Assembly (NCBI GenBank): GCA_002189035.1
Contig: NEEC01000023.1
Location: 1-64,000 of the forward strand
Direction: 5' to 3'
DNA: 64,000 bases
From: Utricularia gibba
Lineage: Eukaryota > Plantae > Magnoliophyta
The notes under the pieces are model-generated. The model ran no database searches. It saw only the letters and a list, made by a program, of their open reading frames with translations, and was not told the origin of the DNA. Positions 1 through 11,550 of the stretch are shown piece by piece (position 1 is the first letter of the stretch; each line of letters opens with the position of its first letter). The translations under genes were made by a program, and so were the position numbers.

Positions 1-3000
1 GGACTTCCTACACCAAGGGGTGGCCTCGCGCAGCCTTCACTATTGACGCCACATCTTCCAAACCGTTTACAGTCACGTCGCACAAAGCATACCGTTTGCG
101 ACTCCTTTGCTCGTTTTCATGCAAAAGGATTTCTCGGCGTGCGAAAGACGCGTGATTCGTTAATATATGTCAAAATCTTGAATTTCGCGGCATTCTCATG
201 CGTTTCTCCAAGTGTGCTCGGGCCCTGGGACTTTCTAACCCAAGGGGTGGCCTCGCGCAGCCTTCGCAATCGACGCCGTATCTTCCTAACCGTCTTGATT
301 CACGCGACACACAGCATACCGTTTCTAAGCTCATTCTGAGACGGTCGTTTTTCGTATTGGGAGCTCGCCCATCCGAGGAAAGTTTGAAGCTCGAAGGATG
401 GCCTTATATTAGCCTTCAATGATGTCACAAAATGGCCTAGCCATTGTGGACGTTGTGATTCGTTGGCCCGTTTTGATGCGAAAGTTGTTATGGGCTTCCA
501 AAACTCGCGTGATTCACTAATATATGTTAAATTCTAGAATTTCGCGGCATTATCATGCAGTTTTTCGGGTGTGCTCGGACCCTTGGATTTCCCATATCAA
601 GGGGTGCCCTGGCGCAACCTTCGCGATCGATACGATATCTTCCAAACCATTTAGAGTCACGTGACACAAAGCATCGTTTCGAAGCTCGTTTCGGGACGGT
701 CATTTTTTGTGTTGGTAGCTTGCTCATTCGAAGAAAGTTCGAAGCTCGAAGGATGGCCATATATTAGCCTTCAATGGTGTCACAAAATGGCCTAGCCATT
801 GGGATGTTGCAGCTCGTTGGCCCGTTTTGATGCGAAAGTTGTTATCGGCTTCCAAAACTCGCGTGATTCACTAATATATGTTAAATTCTTGAATTTCGCG
901 GCATTCTCATGCATTTTTTTGGGTGTGCTCGGACTCTAGGATTTCTCATATCATGGGGTGGCCTAGCGCAGCCTTCGCGATCGGTGCGATATCTTCCAAA
1001 CTGTTTAGAGTCACGCGACACACAGCATACCATTTCGAAGTTCATTCTGGGACGGTCTTTTTTGTGTTATGAGCTTGCTCATCCAAAGAAAGCCTTAATT
1101 TCAAAGATGTTTCGAAGCTCGAATGATGGCCTTATCTTTAGTTTCAATCGTTTCACAAAATGGCCATGCTATTGGGGACGTTTCGATTTGCCCGTTTAGA
1201 TTAATTCATATAGGTGGTTAATTCAATCGTGGTTCTCGGCTTATCTTTAGTTTCAATCGTGGTTCTCGGCTTGCAAAATTCGCATGATTAATTCATATAG
1301 GTGAAATTCTTGAATTTTCCAGCAATCTCATGCACTTCTTCGAGTGTGCTCGGAACCTGGGATTTCCTAGATCAAAGGGTGGCTTCACACAATCTTCACG
1401 TCCGATGCGATATCTTCTAAACCATTTGAAGTCACACAACACACAGCATACCCTTTCAAAGATCGTTTTGAGACTGTTATTTTTTTTGTTGGGAGCTCGT
1501 TCATTCGAAGAAGTTTCAAAGCTTGAATGATCGTCTTATGTTAGCCTTCGGTGGTGTCACTAAATTTCCTTGCCACTAGGGACGTTTCGATTAGTGGGCC
1601 CGCTTTGATGCAAAAGTGGTTCTCGGCTTTCAATATACACGTGATTCATCAATATAGGTGAAATTCTTTAATCTCGCAGCAATCTCATGCACTTTTCCGA
1701 GTGTGCTCAAAACCTAGGATTTCCTAGACCAAAGGGTGGCTTCGCGCAGCCTTCACGCCCAATGCGATATCTTCAAAACCGTTTTGAGTCTTGCAACACA
1801 CAACATACAAATCTCGTTCCTAGACGGTCATTTTTTTTGGGAGCTCGTTAATCCAAAGAAGTTTTGAAGCTCGAATGATCGCCTTATGTTAGCGTTCCGT
1901 GGTGTTACAAATAGCCTTGCCATTGGGGACGTTTGGATGCGAAAGTGCTTGTTGGCTTGCAAAACACACATGATATATTAATACAGGTGAATTTCTCGAA
2001 TCTCTCAGCAATCTCATGCACTTCTCCGGGTGTGTTCGGAACTTAGGATTTCCTAGACCAAAGAGTGGCTTCACGCAGCCTTCATGACCGATGCGATATG
2101 TTCAAAACCATTTGAAGTCACACGACACACAGCACACCGTTTCACAGCTTGCTCTGAGACGATCGTTTTTCGTGTCTGGAGCTTGTTCATCCGAAGAAGT
2201 TTTGAAGCTCGAATGATCGCCTTCTGTTCGCCTTCAATGGTGTCACAAAATGGCCTTCCAATTGGGGACGTTGCGATTTGTGAGTCCTTTTTAATGCGAA
2301 AGTGGTTCTCAACTAGCAAAATACGCGTGATTCATTAATATAGGTGAAATTCTTGAATCTCGCAGCAATCTCCGGGTGTGCTTGGAACCTGGGATTTCCT
2401 CGACCAATGGGCTGCCCCGCGCAACCTTCACGACCGATGCGATATCTTCCAAATTGTTTGGAGTCACGTCACACACAGCATACTGTTTCAAATCTCATTT
2501 CGAGACGGTCCTTTTTTGTGTTGGGAGCTCGTTCATCCGAAGATTTTTTGAAGCTCGAATGATCGCCTTATGTTAGCCTTCAACGGTGTCACAAAATGGC
2601 ATTTCCATTTGGGACGTTGTGATTGTGGGCCCGTTTTGATGCGAAAGTGCTTCTCGGCTTGCAAAACATGCATGATTTATTAATACAGGTGAAATTCTCG
2701 AATCTTGCTACAATCTCATGCACTTCTCCGAGTGTGCTCGGACCATTGGATTTCCTAGACCAAAGGGTGGCTTTGCGCAGCCTTCACAAATGATGCGATA
2801 TCTTCCACGTAACAGACAGCATAATGTTTCGAAGCCCGTTCCAAGATGGTTGTTTTTAGTGTTGGGAGCTCGTTCTTCTAAAGAAGATTCAAAGTTTGAA
2901 TGATGGCTTTATCTTAGGCTTCAATGATGTCACAAAATGGCCTTACCATTGGGGACGTTGCGATTTCTCTGCATATTTTGATGCGAAAGTGGTTCTCGGC

Positions 3001-6000
3001 ATGCAAAACACACGTGATTCTTTAATACAGGTGAAATTCTTCAATCTCGCTGCAATCCCATGCACTTCTCTGGATGTGCTCGAATCCTGGGATTTCCTAG
3101 ACCAAAGGGTGACCTCAAACAGCCTTAACGACCGATGCGATATCTTCCAAACCATTTTGAGCCACGCAACACACAGCATACCATTTCAAAGATCGTTCCG
3201 AGATGTTCGTTTTTTTTTGTGTTGAGAGCTCGTTCATCCGAAGAAGTTTTGATGCTCGAATGATCGCCTTATCTTAGGCTTTAATGGTGTCACAAAATGG
3301 CCTTGCCATTGGGGAGGTTGCGATTTCTTGGCTTGTATTGATGCGAAAGTGGTTTTCGACCAGCAAAACACGCGTGATTCTTTAATATAGGAGAAATTCT
3401 TGAATTTCGCAGCAATCTCATGCACTTCTTTGGGTGTGCTCGAAACCTGGGATTTCCTAGACCAAAGGGTGGTGTCGTGCAACCTTCACGACCGATGCGA
3501 TATCTTCCAAACCGTTTGAAGTCACGCAACACACAGCATACAGTTTCGAAGCTTGTTCCAAGACGCTCGTTTTTTGTGTTCAGAGCTCATTCATCCGAAG
3601 AAGTTTCGAAGCTCGAATGATGGCCTTATTTAAGGCTTCAATGTGTCACAAAATGTCCTTGCCATTGGGGACGTTGCGATTTGTGGACCCGTTTTGATGC
3701 GAAAGTGGTTCTCGACTTTCAAAACACGCATGATTCATTAACATAGGTGAAATTCTCAAATTTCACGACAATCTCATGCGTTTCTCCGAGTGTGCTCAGA
3801 CCCTTATATTTCCTAGACCAAAGGGTGGCCTCGCGCAGCCTTCGCGACCGATGCGATATCTTCCAAACCATTTGAAGTCATGCAACGCACAGCATATTGT
3901 TTCAAAGCTTGTTCCGAGGCGATCGTGTTTTATCTTGAGAGCTCACTCATCCGAAGAAGGCTTGAAGCTCGAATGATAGACTTATGTTAGTCTTCAATGG
4001 TATCACAAAGTGTCCATGCCGTTGGAGACGTTGTGATTCATGACCCCTGTTTTGATGCAAAAGTGGTTTTCGGCTTGGAAAACATGCGAAATTGATTAAT
4101 TGAGGTGTAATTTTTCAATTGCAAGGCAATCTCATGCACTTCTTCAGGTGTTTTCGGACTATGGAGATTTCCTAGACCAATGGATGGCCTCGCGTAGCCT
4201 TCGCTACCAACGTGATATCTTCTTAACTGTGCTGAGTCATGTTACACACAGTATACCATTCCTAAGCTTGCTCTAAGCGGTCGTGTTTTGTGTTGAAGGA
4301 CTATTTATCCGAGAAAGGCTCGAATTTCGAATAATGGCTTTCTTTTAGCTTTGAGTGGTTTCACAAAGTGAACAGGCGGTTCGCAATGTTGAAATTCAAG
4401 TTTCTCATTTTGATGCAAAAGTGAAATTTTGGATTTGTGAGGCAACCTCTTGCACTTCTTTGGGTGTGTTCAGACTAGGGGATTTCCCTAGAAAGAAGGG
4501 TGGCTTCACGTAGACTTCGCTGCCGATGCGCTCCAAACCATCTTGAGTCACGCAACACATAGCACCATTTCAAAGCTCATTCCAAGATAGTCATGTTTTG
4601 TGTTGAGAGCTTGCTCATCCAAAGAAGGCTTGAAGCTCAAATGATGACCTTATGTTAGCCTTCAGTGGTATCACAAAGTGGTCATACCATTGGGGACGTT
4701 GTGACCCGACCCTCATCTTGATGCAAAAGTTGTTTTTGGCTTGAAACACCTGCGAGAGTGATTGAATGAGGTGAAATTTTTCAAATGCGAGGCAATCTCA
4801 TGCACTTCTCCGAGTGTGTTTGGATCATAAACCAAAGGGTGGCCTTGTGCAGTGTTCGCAATTGATGCGATATCTTCTAAATCGTGTTGAGTCACATTAC
4901 ATACAGTATACCGTTTCAAAACTCATTCTAAGGTAGTCGTCTTTTTTGTTTGAAAACCGTTTGTCTGAGGAAACCATTGAGCTCGATTGTTGGCCTTATG
5001 TTAGCTTTCATTGATTTGACGAATCGGCCAGGTCGTTCACAACTTTACAATTCCGAGCTCCCATCTTGATGCGAAAGTGATTTTCGACTTGCAAAGCATG
5101 TGAGATTGATTGATTTAAGTGTGATTTTGGATTTCAACAATCCCTTGCACTTTTGCAATTGTGTCCAAACTCATGGGATGTCCATAGACTAAAAGGTGGC
5201 CTCGCATAGCATTTGCAATTGATGCAATATCTTTCAGACCATGTTGAGTCATGTTGAGCATAGCATACAGTAAATTGAACTGAGTGCATTCGTAACCGTG
5301 TGAGGCCCCTTGAGCAAAGGATGCCTTTGTGCATCATTCGGTTCCCATGCGATATCTTTCAAATCGTGATGATTCATCCTACACACAATATACTATTTCA
5401 AAGCTCGTTCTGTGCCGATCATGTTGGTCGAGGAAACCTAATGGTCCAATGACGGTTTGGTATAACAAAGTGGCCAGGACACTCAGGGTGATGTGATTTG
5501 GGACTCAAATTTTAACATGAAGGTCATTTTCGGTCTCTAGGTCATGTGAATATAATAACTAATATAAAATTTGGGTTTCCGATGCCATCTTTTGCATTGC
5601 TTTGGTTCAAGCCCATGGGAGGTTTGTAGAGAAAAGGTGTATTCGCACACTATTTGCTTCCAACGCAATATTTTCCTAAATGTGATGATTTATCCTACAC
5701 AGTATATCATTTTGAACCTCATTCTAAGAAGTTATGTTTGTCCATGAAAGGCTGAATGTTCGATAAAGGCTTGGTGCTCGAAAAATAGCCTTATGTTAGA
5801 CTTCAATTGTGGTACAAAGTGGCGAGTACATTCAAGAAAATGTGATTCAGCACTCTCATTTTGACATGAAGGCGATTTTAAATTTGCAAAATATGCAAGT
5901 ATGATAAAATGGCATATAATGTTTGGTTTCATATGTGATTCTATGGATTGCCCCAAAAGCATTCAAACTTGAGGGAGGCCTCTTGATCAAGTGGCGCATT

Positions 6001-6060
6001 CACGTATTGTTCACTTCCAATGTAATATTTTCATGGCAATCGCGTTGAGTCACGAAAGGC
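1..6060. repeat. Tandem satellite array, ~356-bp monomer, about 17 copies; open at the left window edge and progressively degenerate after ~4100
   Basis: The anchor (t)ctcatgc..ttct..g.gtgtgctcg..ggatttcctagaccaaagggtgg recurs at 198, 555, 909, 1330, 1687, 2017, ~2370, 2718, 3060, 3420, 3776, 4134, ~4450, 4800 and ~5145, with faint copies to ~6000. Spacing is typically 343-360 bp (3420 to 3776 = 356). The right boundary is approximate. Confidence 0.95.
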
Positions 6061-6706
6061 ATGTCACACAATGATAGCTTGTTGCTTGAAAGATGGACTT
6101 ATTTCTCTCATACTCTTAGTCAAAACAATTATACATAGGGTGTCCATTTTTTTCACACAATATCCCGCACATGTTAACTGTGGTCAATGATGGAGTAGGA
6201 CCAACTGTTACCAAATCTTACTTTTATGAGTTGCTTGTTAGTTGGAGGGAGTTGATGGGCCGACACTCGCAATGATGGGAAAAGAGCTTAATAGACCGAG
6301 TTGGACGGATGGGTGTTCCGCCGGAATGAGTTGATGGGTCAAACCCACAATGATAGAAAAGGGCCTCGGGTGGGCTCATGGGGGAGAAAAAGGAATATTA
6401 AATTGGAGGTTAAGCGGCGGCTAAGCGGAGGAAGACGGGACGGAAAGAGGAAAATCGCTGGGAAGCTGGTGGGCGGCGGCGATCGGAGGGCATGGGCCAG
6501 GCGCGCGGAGGTTAGCTCCACGTAAGAAAACTGTCACTTTGGGTTATATCGCGTTATTGCCGGGAGTTGCCGTTTGTAAGCGGTGAAATCTGTGATGTCA
6601 ATGATACATATAGGTTAAAAGGCTCTCAAGGTGTGGTTTTTTTTTTTTTTTGTTGTTTATGTAGCTTCTGGATCTGGGATAGTATCAAAGAATAACTGAG
6701 ATTATC

Positions 6707-8967
6707 ATGGCAAGCAAAGACTCTCCCAAATTGAATATAGCAATTATTCACCCTGATCTTGGAATAGGTAGGGTGTAATTCTTTCAATTGATTGAGATTT
6801 TGTGCCATGCACTGGTTTAAAACGTTATTGAAGAATTGGAAAGTTCCTTTTGCCTCCAATAGCTTTTTCATGAAACATGATTGATAAATAGTGGATGAGT
6901 ACCAGGGGAAGGTAATTGTTCAGAGTTAGCCAAAAGTTGTTGTAATGATCTCAGGATTAATAGTTTGTCATCTTTGGGTTCAAGTTTTCATTTTCCATGA
7001 GTTTATTTAATCTTCAAGAGAAGATTCAGTTGTTCTCTTTCTTGTTTCTGCATGTAGTGTCCTTTTTCATTCGATGGCAGCTGTTTCCAAGTCTTCCATC
7101 ATTGCAGGTGGCGCTGAAAGGTTAATTGTTGATGCTGCTGTTGAACTCTCATCTTATGGGCATAATGTGCACATATTCACATCACACCACGATAAAACCC
7201 ATTGCTTTGAGGAAACTGTCTCTGGTATGCTTTACAATTTCTTTCTTTTTTCTCGTTTTTAAATTTATCAGATTCAGTATTTCACTTTGCCATTATCTGA
7301 TTATTTACAGGGACATTTCCAGTTACTGTTTATGGAACATTCCTACCTCGGCATATTCTTTACCGTTTCCATGCAGTGTGTGCATATCTACGATGCATCG
7401 TTGTTGCACTCTGTGTGTTGTTTCTGTATCCAGCTTTCGACATTGTACTTGCAGATCAAGTTTCCATTGTCAATCCTCTGATGAAATTGAAAAAGGCATC
7501 GAAGGTTTGCATGCGCTGAGCACAAAATGACCTTTTTCTGCATTAAGTAGTGTTAGTTTTTAGGCTAGTGATGCCAAGACTTTGGTTCTTTTAAATATAA
7601 CACGCCAGCCTCTTGGAAGTGCAGTTATATATCCTGGTTTTATCTAGGTTGTTTTCTATTGCCATTTTCCGGACCTCTTACTGGCTCAACGCACAACCAT
7701 ACTTCAGCGACTTTATCGAAAACCAGTAGATTGGCTAGAAGAAATAACGACAGGTTGAGCTCTCAACAGCTTTTTTTCCTCTTCTTTGTTACTCTACTTG
7801 TATGCTCCTAAGTGTTATATAACTTTTTTACACCTCATAGGGATGGCTGATTTAATTCTTGTGAACAGCGAATTCACTGCTCTTACTTTTGCGAAAACGT
7901 TCAAGTTTTTAAGTTCTCGAGGTGTTAAACCTGCTGTACTTTATCCGGCTGTCAATGTTCATCATTTCAAGGAACCTGATGCTGGGACCAGGTAGAAGAG
8001 ACTGTAAACGTGTTTTTCAATTTCAGTTGGTTTCCTACTCATCTATTCTCACTTCTACCGCTCATCTATTACTCCATTGGTCCACTGTAGGTTAACTTTC
8101 TTGTCAATAAACCGTTTTGAGCGGAAAAAGAACATAGAGCTTGCTATATCTGCGTTTGCCATGCTCTGCAATAGCCATGAAAACGTTCTTCAAGACAACG
8201 CTTATAATGAACTCTCTTTGATCGTTGCTGGTATTCCTTCTCCTCTTTACATGGTTCGACCATGAGAAACTAACTCATGCTTCATAGGAATGGGTGTTCT
8301 TCAAAAGTATACATGGTTCGACCATGAGAAACTAACTCATGCTTCATAGGAATGGGTGTTCTTCAAAAGTATACGGACTTTAAATTCATGCTCTTTGCAT
8401 TAAGAATGTCATGCGCATTCATTTTTTCAGGTGGATATGATACGCGCCTCCGGGAAAATGTGGAGTACTTGGAGGAGCTCAAAACCTTGGCTGATAAACA
8501 AGGCATATTGCATCGTGTCCGGTTCATCACATCATGCTCTACAGCAGATAGAAATAATCTTCTTTCTCAGTGTCTCTGTGTGGTATACACTCCTAAGGTC
8601 AGTCTGCCAAGCATGCACATTGCCTTTAAAATAAGATTGTGAGTAACCTCTTGTAGGATTGATCATGAATCAGGATGAGCATTTTGGTATTGTTCCAATC
8701 GAAGCAATGGCTGCACACAAGCCAGTCATTGCATGCGATAGCGGAGGTCCAGTTGAGACCATAAAACATGGGGTCACCGGTTACCTCTGTGAGCCTAGCT
8801 CCAAAGCATTCTCAGCAGCCATGGCTAACTTTGTTCATGATCCTCAACTGTCCAAAACGATGGGCAGAGAAGCTCGAGAGCATGTCTCGGAATCCTTCTC
8901 CACAGTAATATTTGGGCAGCGCCTCAATTCGCATGTTGTTGATATAGCTAGGAAAAAGAGCCAGTGA
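6707..8967 (+). CDS. ALG2: Alpha-1,3/1,6-mannosyltransferase ALG2 (GT4), 8 exons, intact
   Basis: Manual splicing over GT-AG junctions gives [20 protein letters not shown]|[14 protein letters not shown]...[12 protein letters not shown]...[16 protein letters not shown]...[26 protein letters not shown], which are ALG2 signature motifs. Confidence 0.93.
8248..8374. repeat. Perfect 62-bp direct tandem duplication inside ALG2 intron 6
   Basis: acatggttcgaccatgagaaactaactcatgcttcataggaatgggtgttcttcaaaagtat occurs at 8249-8310 and 8311-8372 and is identical in both copies. Confidence 0.95.
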
Positions 8968-9574
8968 CCAATCTAAGATCTCGATCCAGGATGGAGAAGA
9001 GGTTGGTGATATCGTATGCGACTTTGTTTTCTTCTTGTGTATTTTTTCTATTTAAAGAAAAATACTTTGTTTAGTGGCAATGAGTGCTTATAAGTTAAAC
9101 CGTGTTATAGAATGTGAGAGTTAAGCCAGAGTTTGGAAACATGGTAAAATATACAATGTATGTCAAATCGTTGGGATAGATTCTTTGTTCCTAATTTCTA
9201 AATAACTGGTTTCATAGCCAACTTTAATATTCCTGGTTGACCTTATCGAGTACTTAATGAATTTATTTGCCTTAGGCATTAGGCAGCCGGCCAAACAGTG
9301 ATTTTAATTAGGTGGCCGCATTAACTAACTAAATTAGTGAAGAATCAATTGTGTGCGCTATGCTGCGCTACTTCTACTTGTCCCCTCCCAAAAATGTCAA
9401 CGAACTGTTTATCCTGATTTGTTCCTGTCCATTCTACTCTATTTATTTCATCAGTCGTCATTCAGGAATCTAACATTTCACCATTCTAACCTCTGCCCTG
9501 GTTAAGTTCTGTTCTCTTTTGCGAACATTCATGGTGGTGAGAAACTGATTTTCTTCTGTGGGGTGGTTCCGAAA

Positions 9575-11550
9575 ATGGGGAGCAAGTTAGAGATCTGTTT
9601 GTTCTTTGTTTTGTTGGCGTGTAATCAACTTGTGAAGGGGTTTTATCTCCCTGGAAGTTATCCTCACAAATATGGAGTTGGGGATTTCTTAAATATGAAG
9701 GTGAACTCCTTGACCTCAATTGATACGGAGTTGCCTTTTGGGTATTACAGTTTGCCATTCTGTCAGCCAGAAGGGGCATCAAGGACAGTGCTGAAAATCT
9801 TGGGGAGCTTCTTATGGGTGATAGAATTGAGAATTCTCCATACAGATTTAGGATGCTCAAGAATGAGACTGAGCTCTTTCTTTGCCAAACAAAGCCTTTA
9901 GCTGCTCATGAATTCAACCTTTTCAAAACCAGGATTGATGAGATGTATCAGGTGAATGTGATTCTGGATAACTTGCCTGCCATTCGATACACCCGCAGGG
10001 ACAATTTTGTGTTGCGATGGACTGGTTACCCTATTGGTGCCAAGGTGGGGAAGAACTACTACGTGTATAATCACCTGAAGTTCAATGTTCTCGTTCATAA
10101 GAAGGAGATGAGTGATACTGTTAGCCGTGTGGTGGCATCCGGTGATCCCACTGCCGTCATCTCCAAAGATAAGAAGGATCAGGGATCGGAAGTTGCCCCT
10201 GAATACATGGTTGTGGGTTTTGAGGTTGTTCCTTGTAGTTTCAAGCACGATCTTGAATCTGTGAAGAACTTGAAGATGTACGACAGGTACCCATCTAAAA
10301 TCAATTGCATTCCTAATGCTGTTGCGGCTCCAATCAAGGTAAACGAGCCGATCACATTCTCGTACGAGGTTTCCTTTGTTGAGAGTGATACCAAGTGGCC
10401 ATCACGGTGGGATGCTTATCTTAAAATGGAAGGAGCCAAAGTCCACTGGTTTTCAATTCTGAACTCATTGACTGTCATTGCTTTCTTGGCTGGAATCGTG
10501 CTGGTGATCTTCATTAGGACTGTTCGACGTGATCTTGCTAACTATGATGAGCTTGATAAGGAAGCGCAGGCCCAGATGACTGAATTAACGGGATGGAAGC
10601 TTGTCGTCGGCGATGTCTTCCGTGCTCCCAATGATCCATCACTTCTCTGCGTCATGGTTGGAGATGGAATCCAGATTCTGGGAATGGGAATCGTGACTAT
10701 TCTCTTCGCAGCTCTAGGATTCATGTCTCCGGCTTCACGGGGAGCTCTTCTGACAGGAATGCTCTTTTTCTACATGATCCTCGGATTCGCAGCCGGCTAC
10801 GTCGGCGTTCGACTCTGGAGGACCATCTGGTGCGGCGAGCACAATGACTGGGCCTCAATCTCATGGAAAGTGTCTTGGTTTTTCCCTGGAATCGCCTTCC
10901 TGATACTCACAACTCTGAATTTCCTACTGTGGAGCAGTGGCAGCACCGGAGCTATTCCCTTTTCATCCTTCCTCGCCCTGATCTCACTCTGGTTCTGCGT
11001 CTCCCTCCCCCTCACTCTCCTGGGCGGTTACTTCGGTTCCAAAGCTCCCTTCATTGAATTCCCAGTTCGAACAAACCAAATCCCACGAGAGATCCCACAG
11101 CAGAAGTACCCATCTTGGCTTCTAGTCCTCGGAGCCGGTACCCTCCCCTTCGGCACTCTCTTCATTGAGCTCTTCTTCATCATGTCTAGCTTATGGATGG
11201 GGCGCGTGTACTACGTCTTCGGGTTCCTGCTCATCGTTCTAGCGCTACTAGTAGCTGTCTGCGCCGAAGTATCTCTGGTTTTGACGTACATGCATCTCTG
11301 CGTGGAGGACTGGAAATGGTGGTGGAAATCCTTCTTCGCGTCGGGATCAGTCGCCATCTACATCTTCTTTTACTCGATCAATTACTTGATCTTCGATCTC
11401 AAGAGCCTGAGCGGCCCGGTGTCGGCGGTGCTGTACATCGGGTACTCTCTCCTCATGGCGGCTGCGATCATGCTCGCGACGGGGGCCGTCGGATTCCTCT
11501 CGTCTTTCTGGTTCGTGCACTACCTCTTCTCCTCCGTCAAACTGGATTGA
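9575..11550 (+). CDS. TMN11: Transmembrane 9 superfamily member, TMN11-like, intronless; apparent 1-bp frameshift at 9773-9776
   Basis: N-terminal FYLPGSYPHKY...VNSLTSIDTELPFGYYSLPFC lies in ORF 9563-9901. The rest (GDRIENSPY...WPSRWDAYL...VHWFSILNS...YLFSSVKLD) lies in ORF 9814-11550. One extra G joins the two into the canonical EGGIKDSAENLGELLMGD. Confidence 0.9.

Noticed and set aside
1-6060. CRISPR-like or coding repeat interpretation of the many short ORFs on both strands of the array
   Set aside because: The whole monomer repeats with no unique spacers, the context is eukaryotic, and antisense ORFs are inconsistent between copies.
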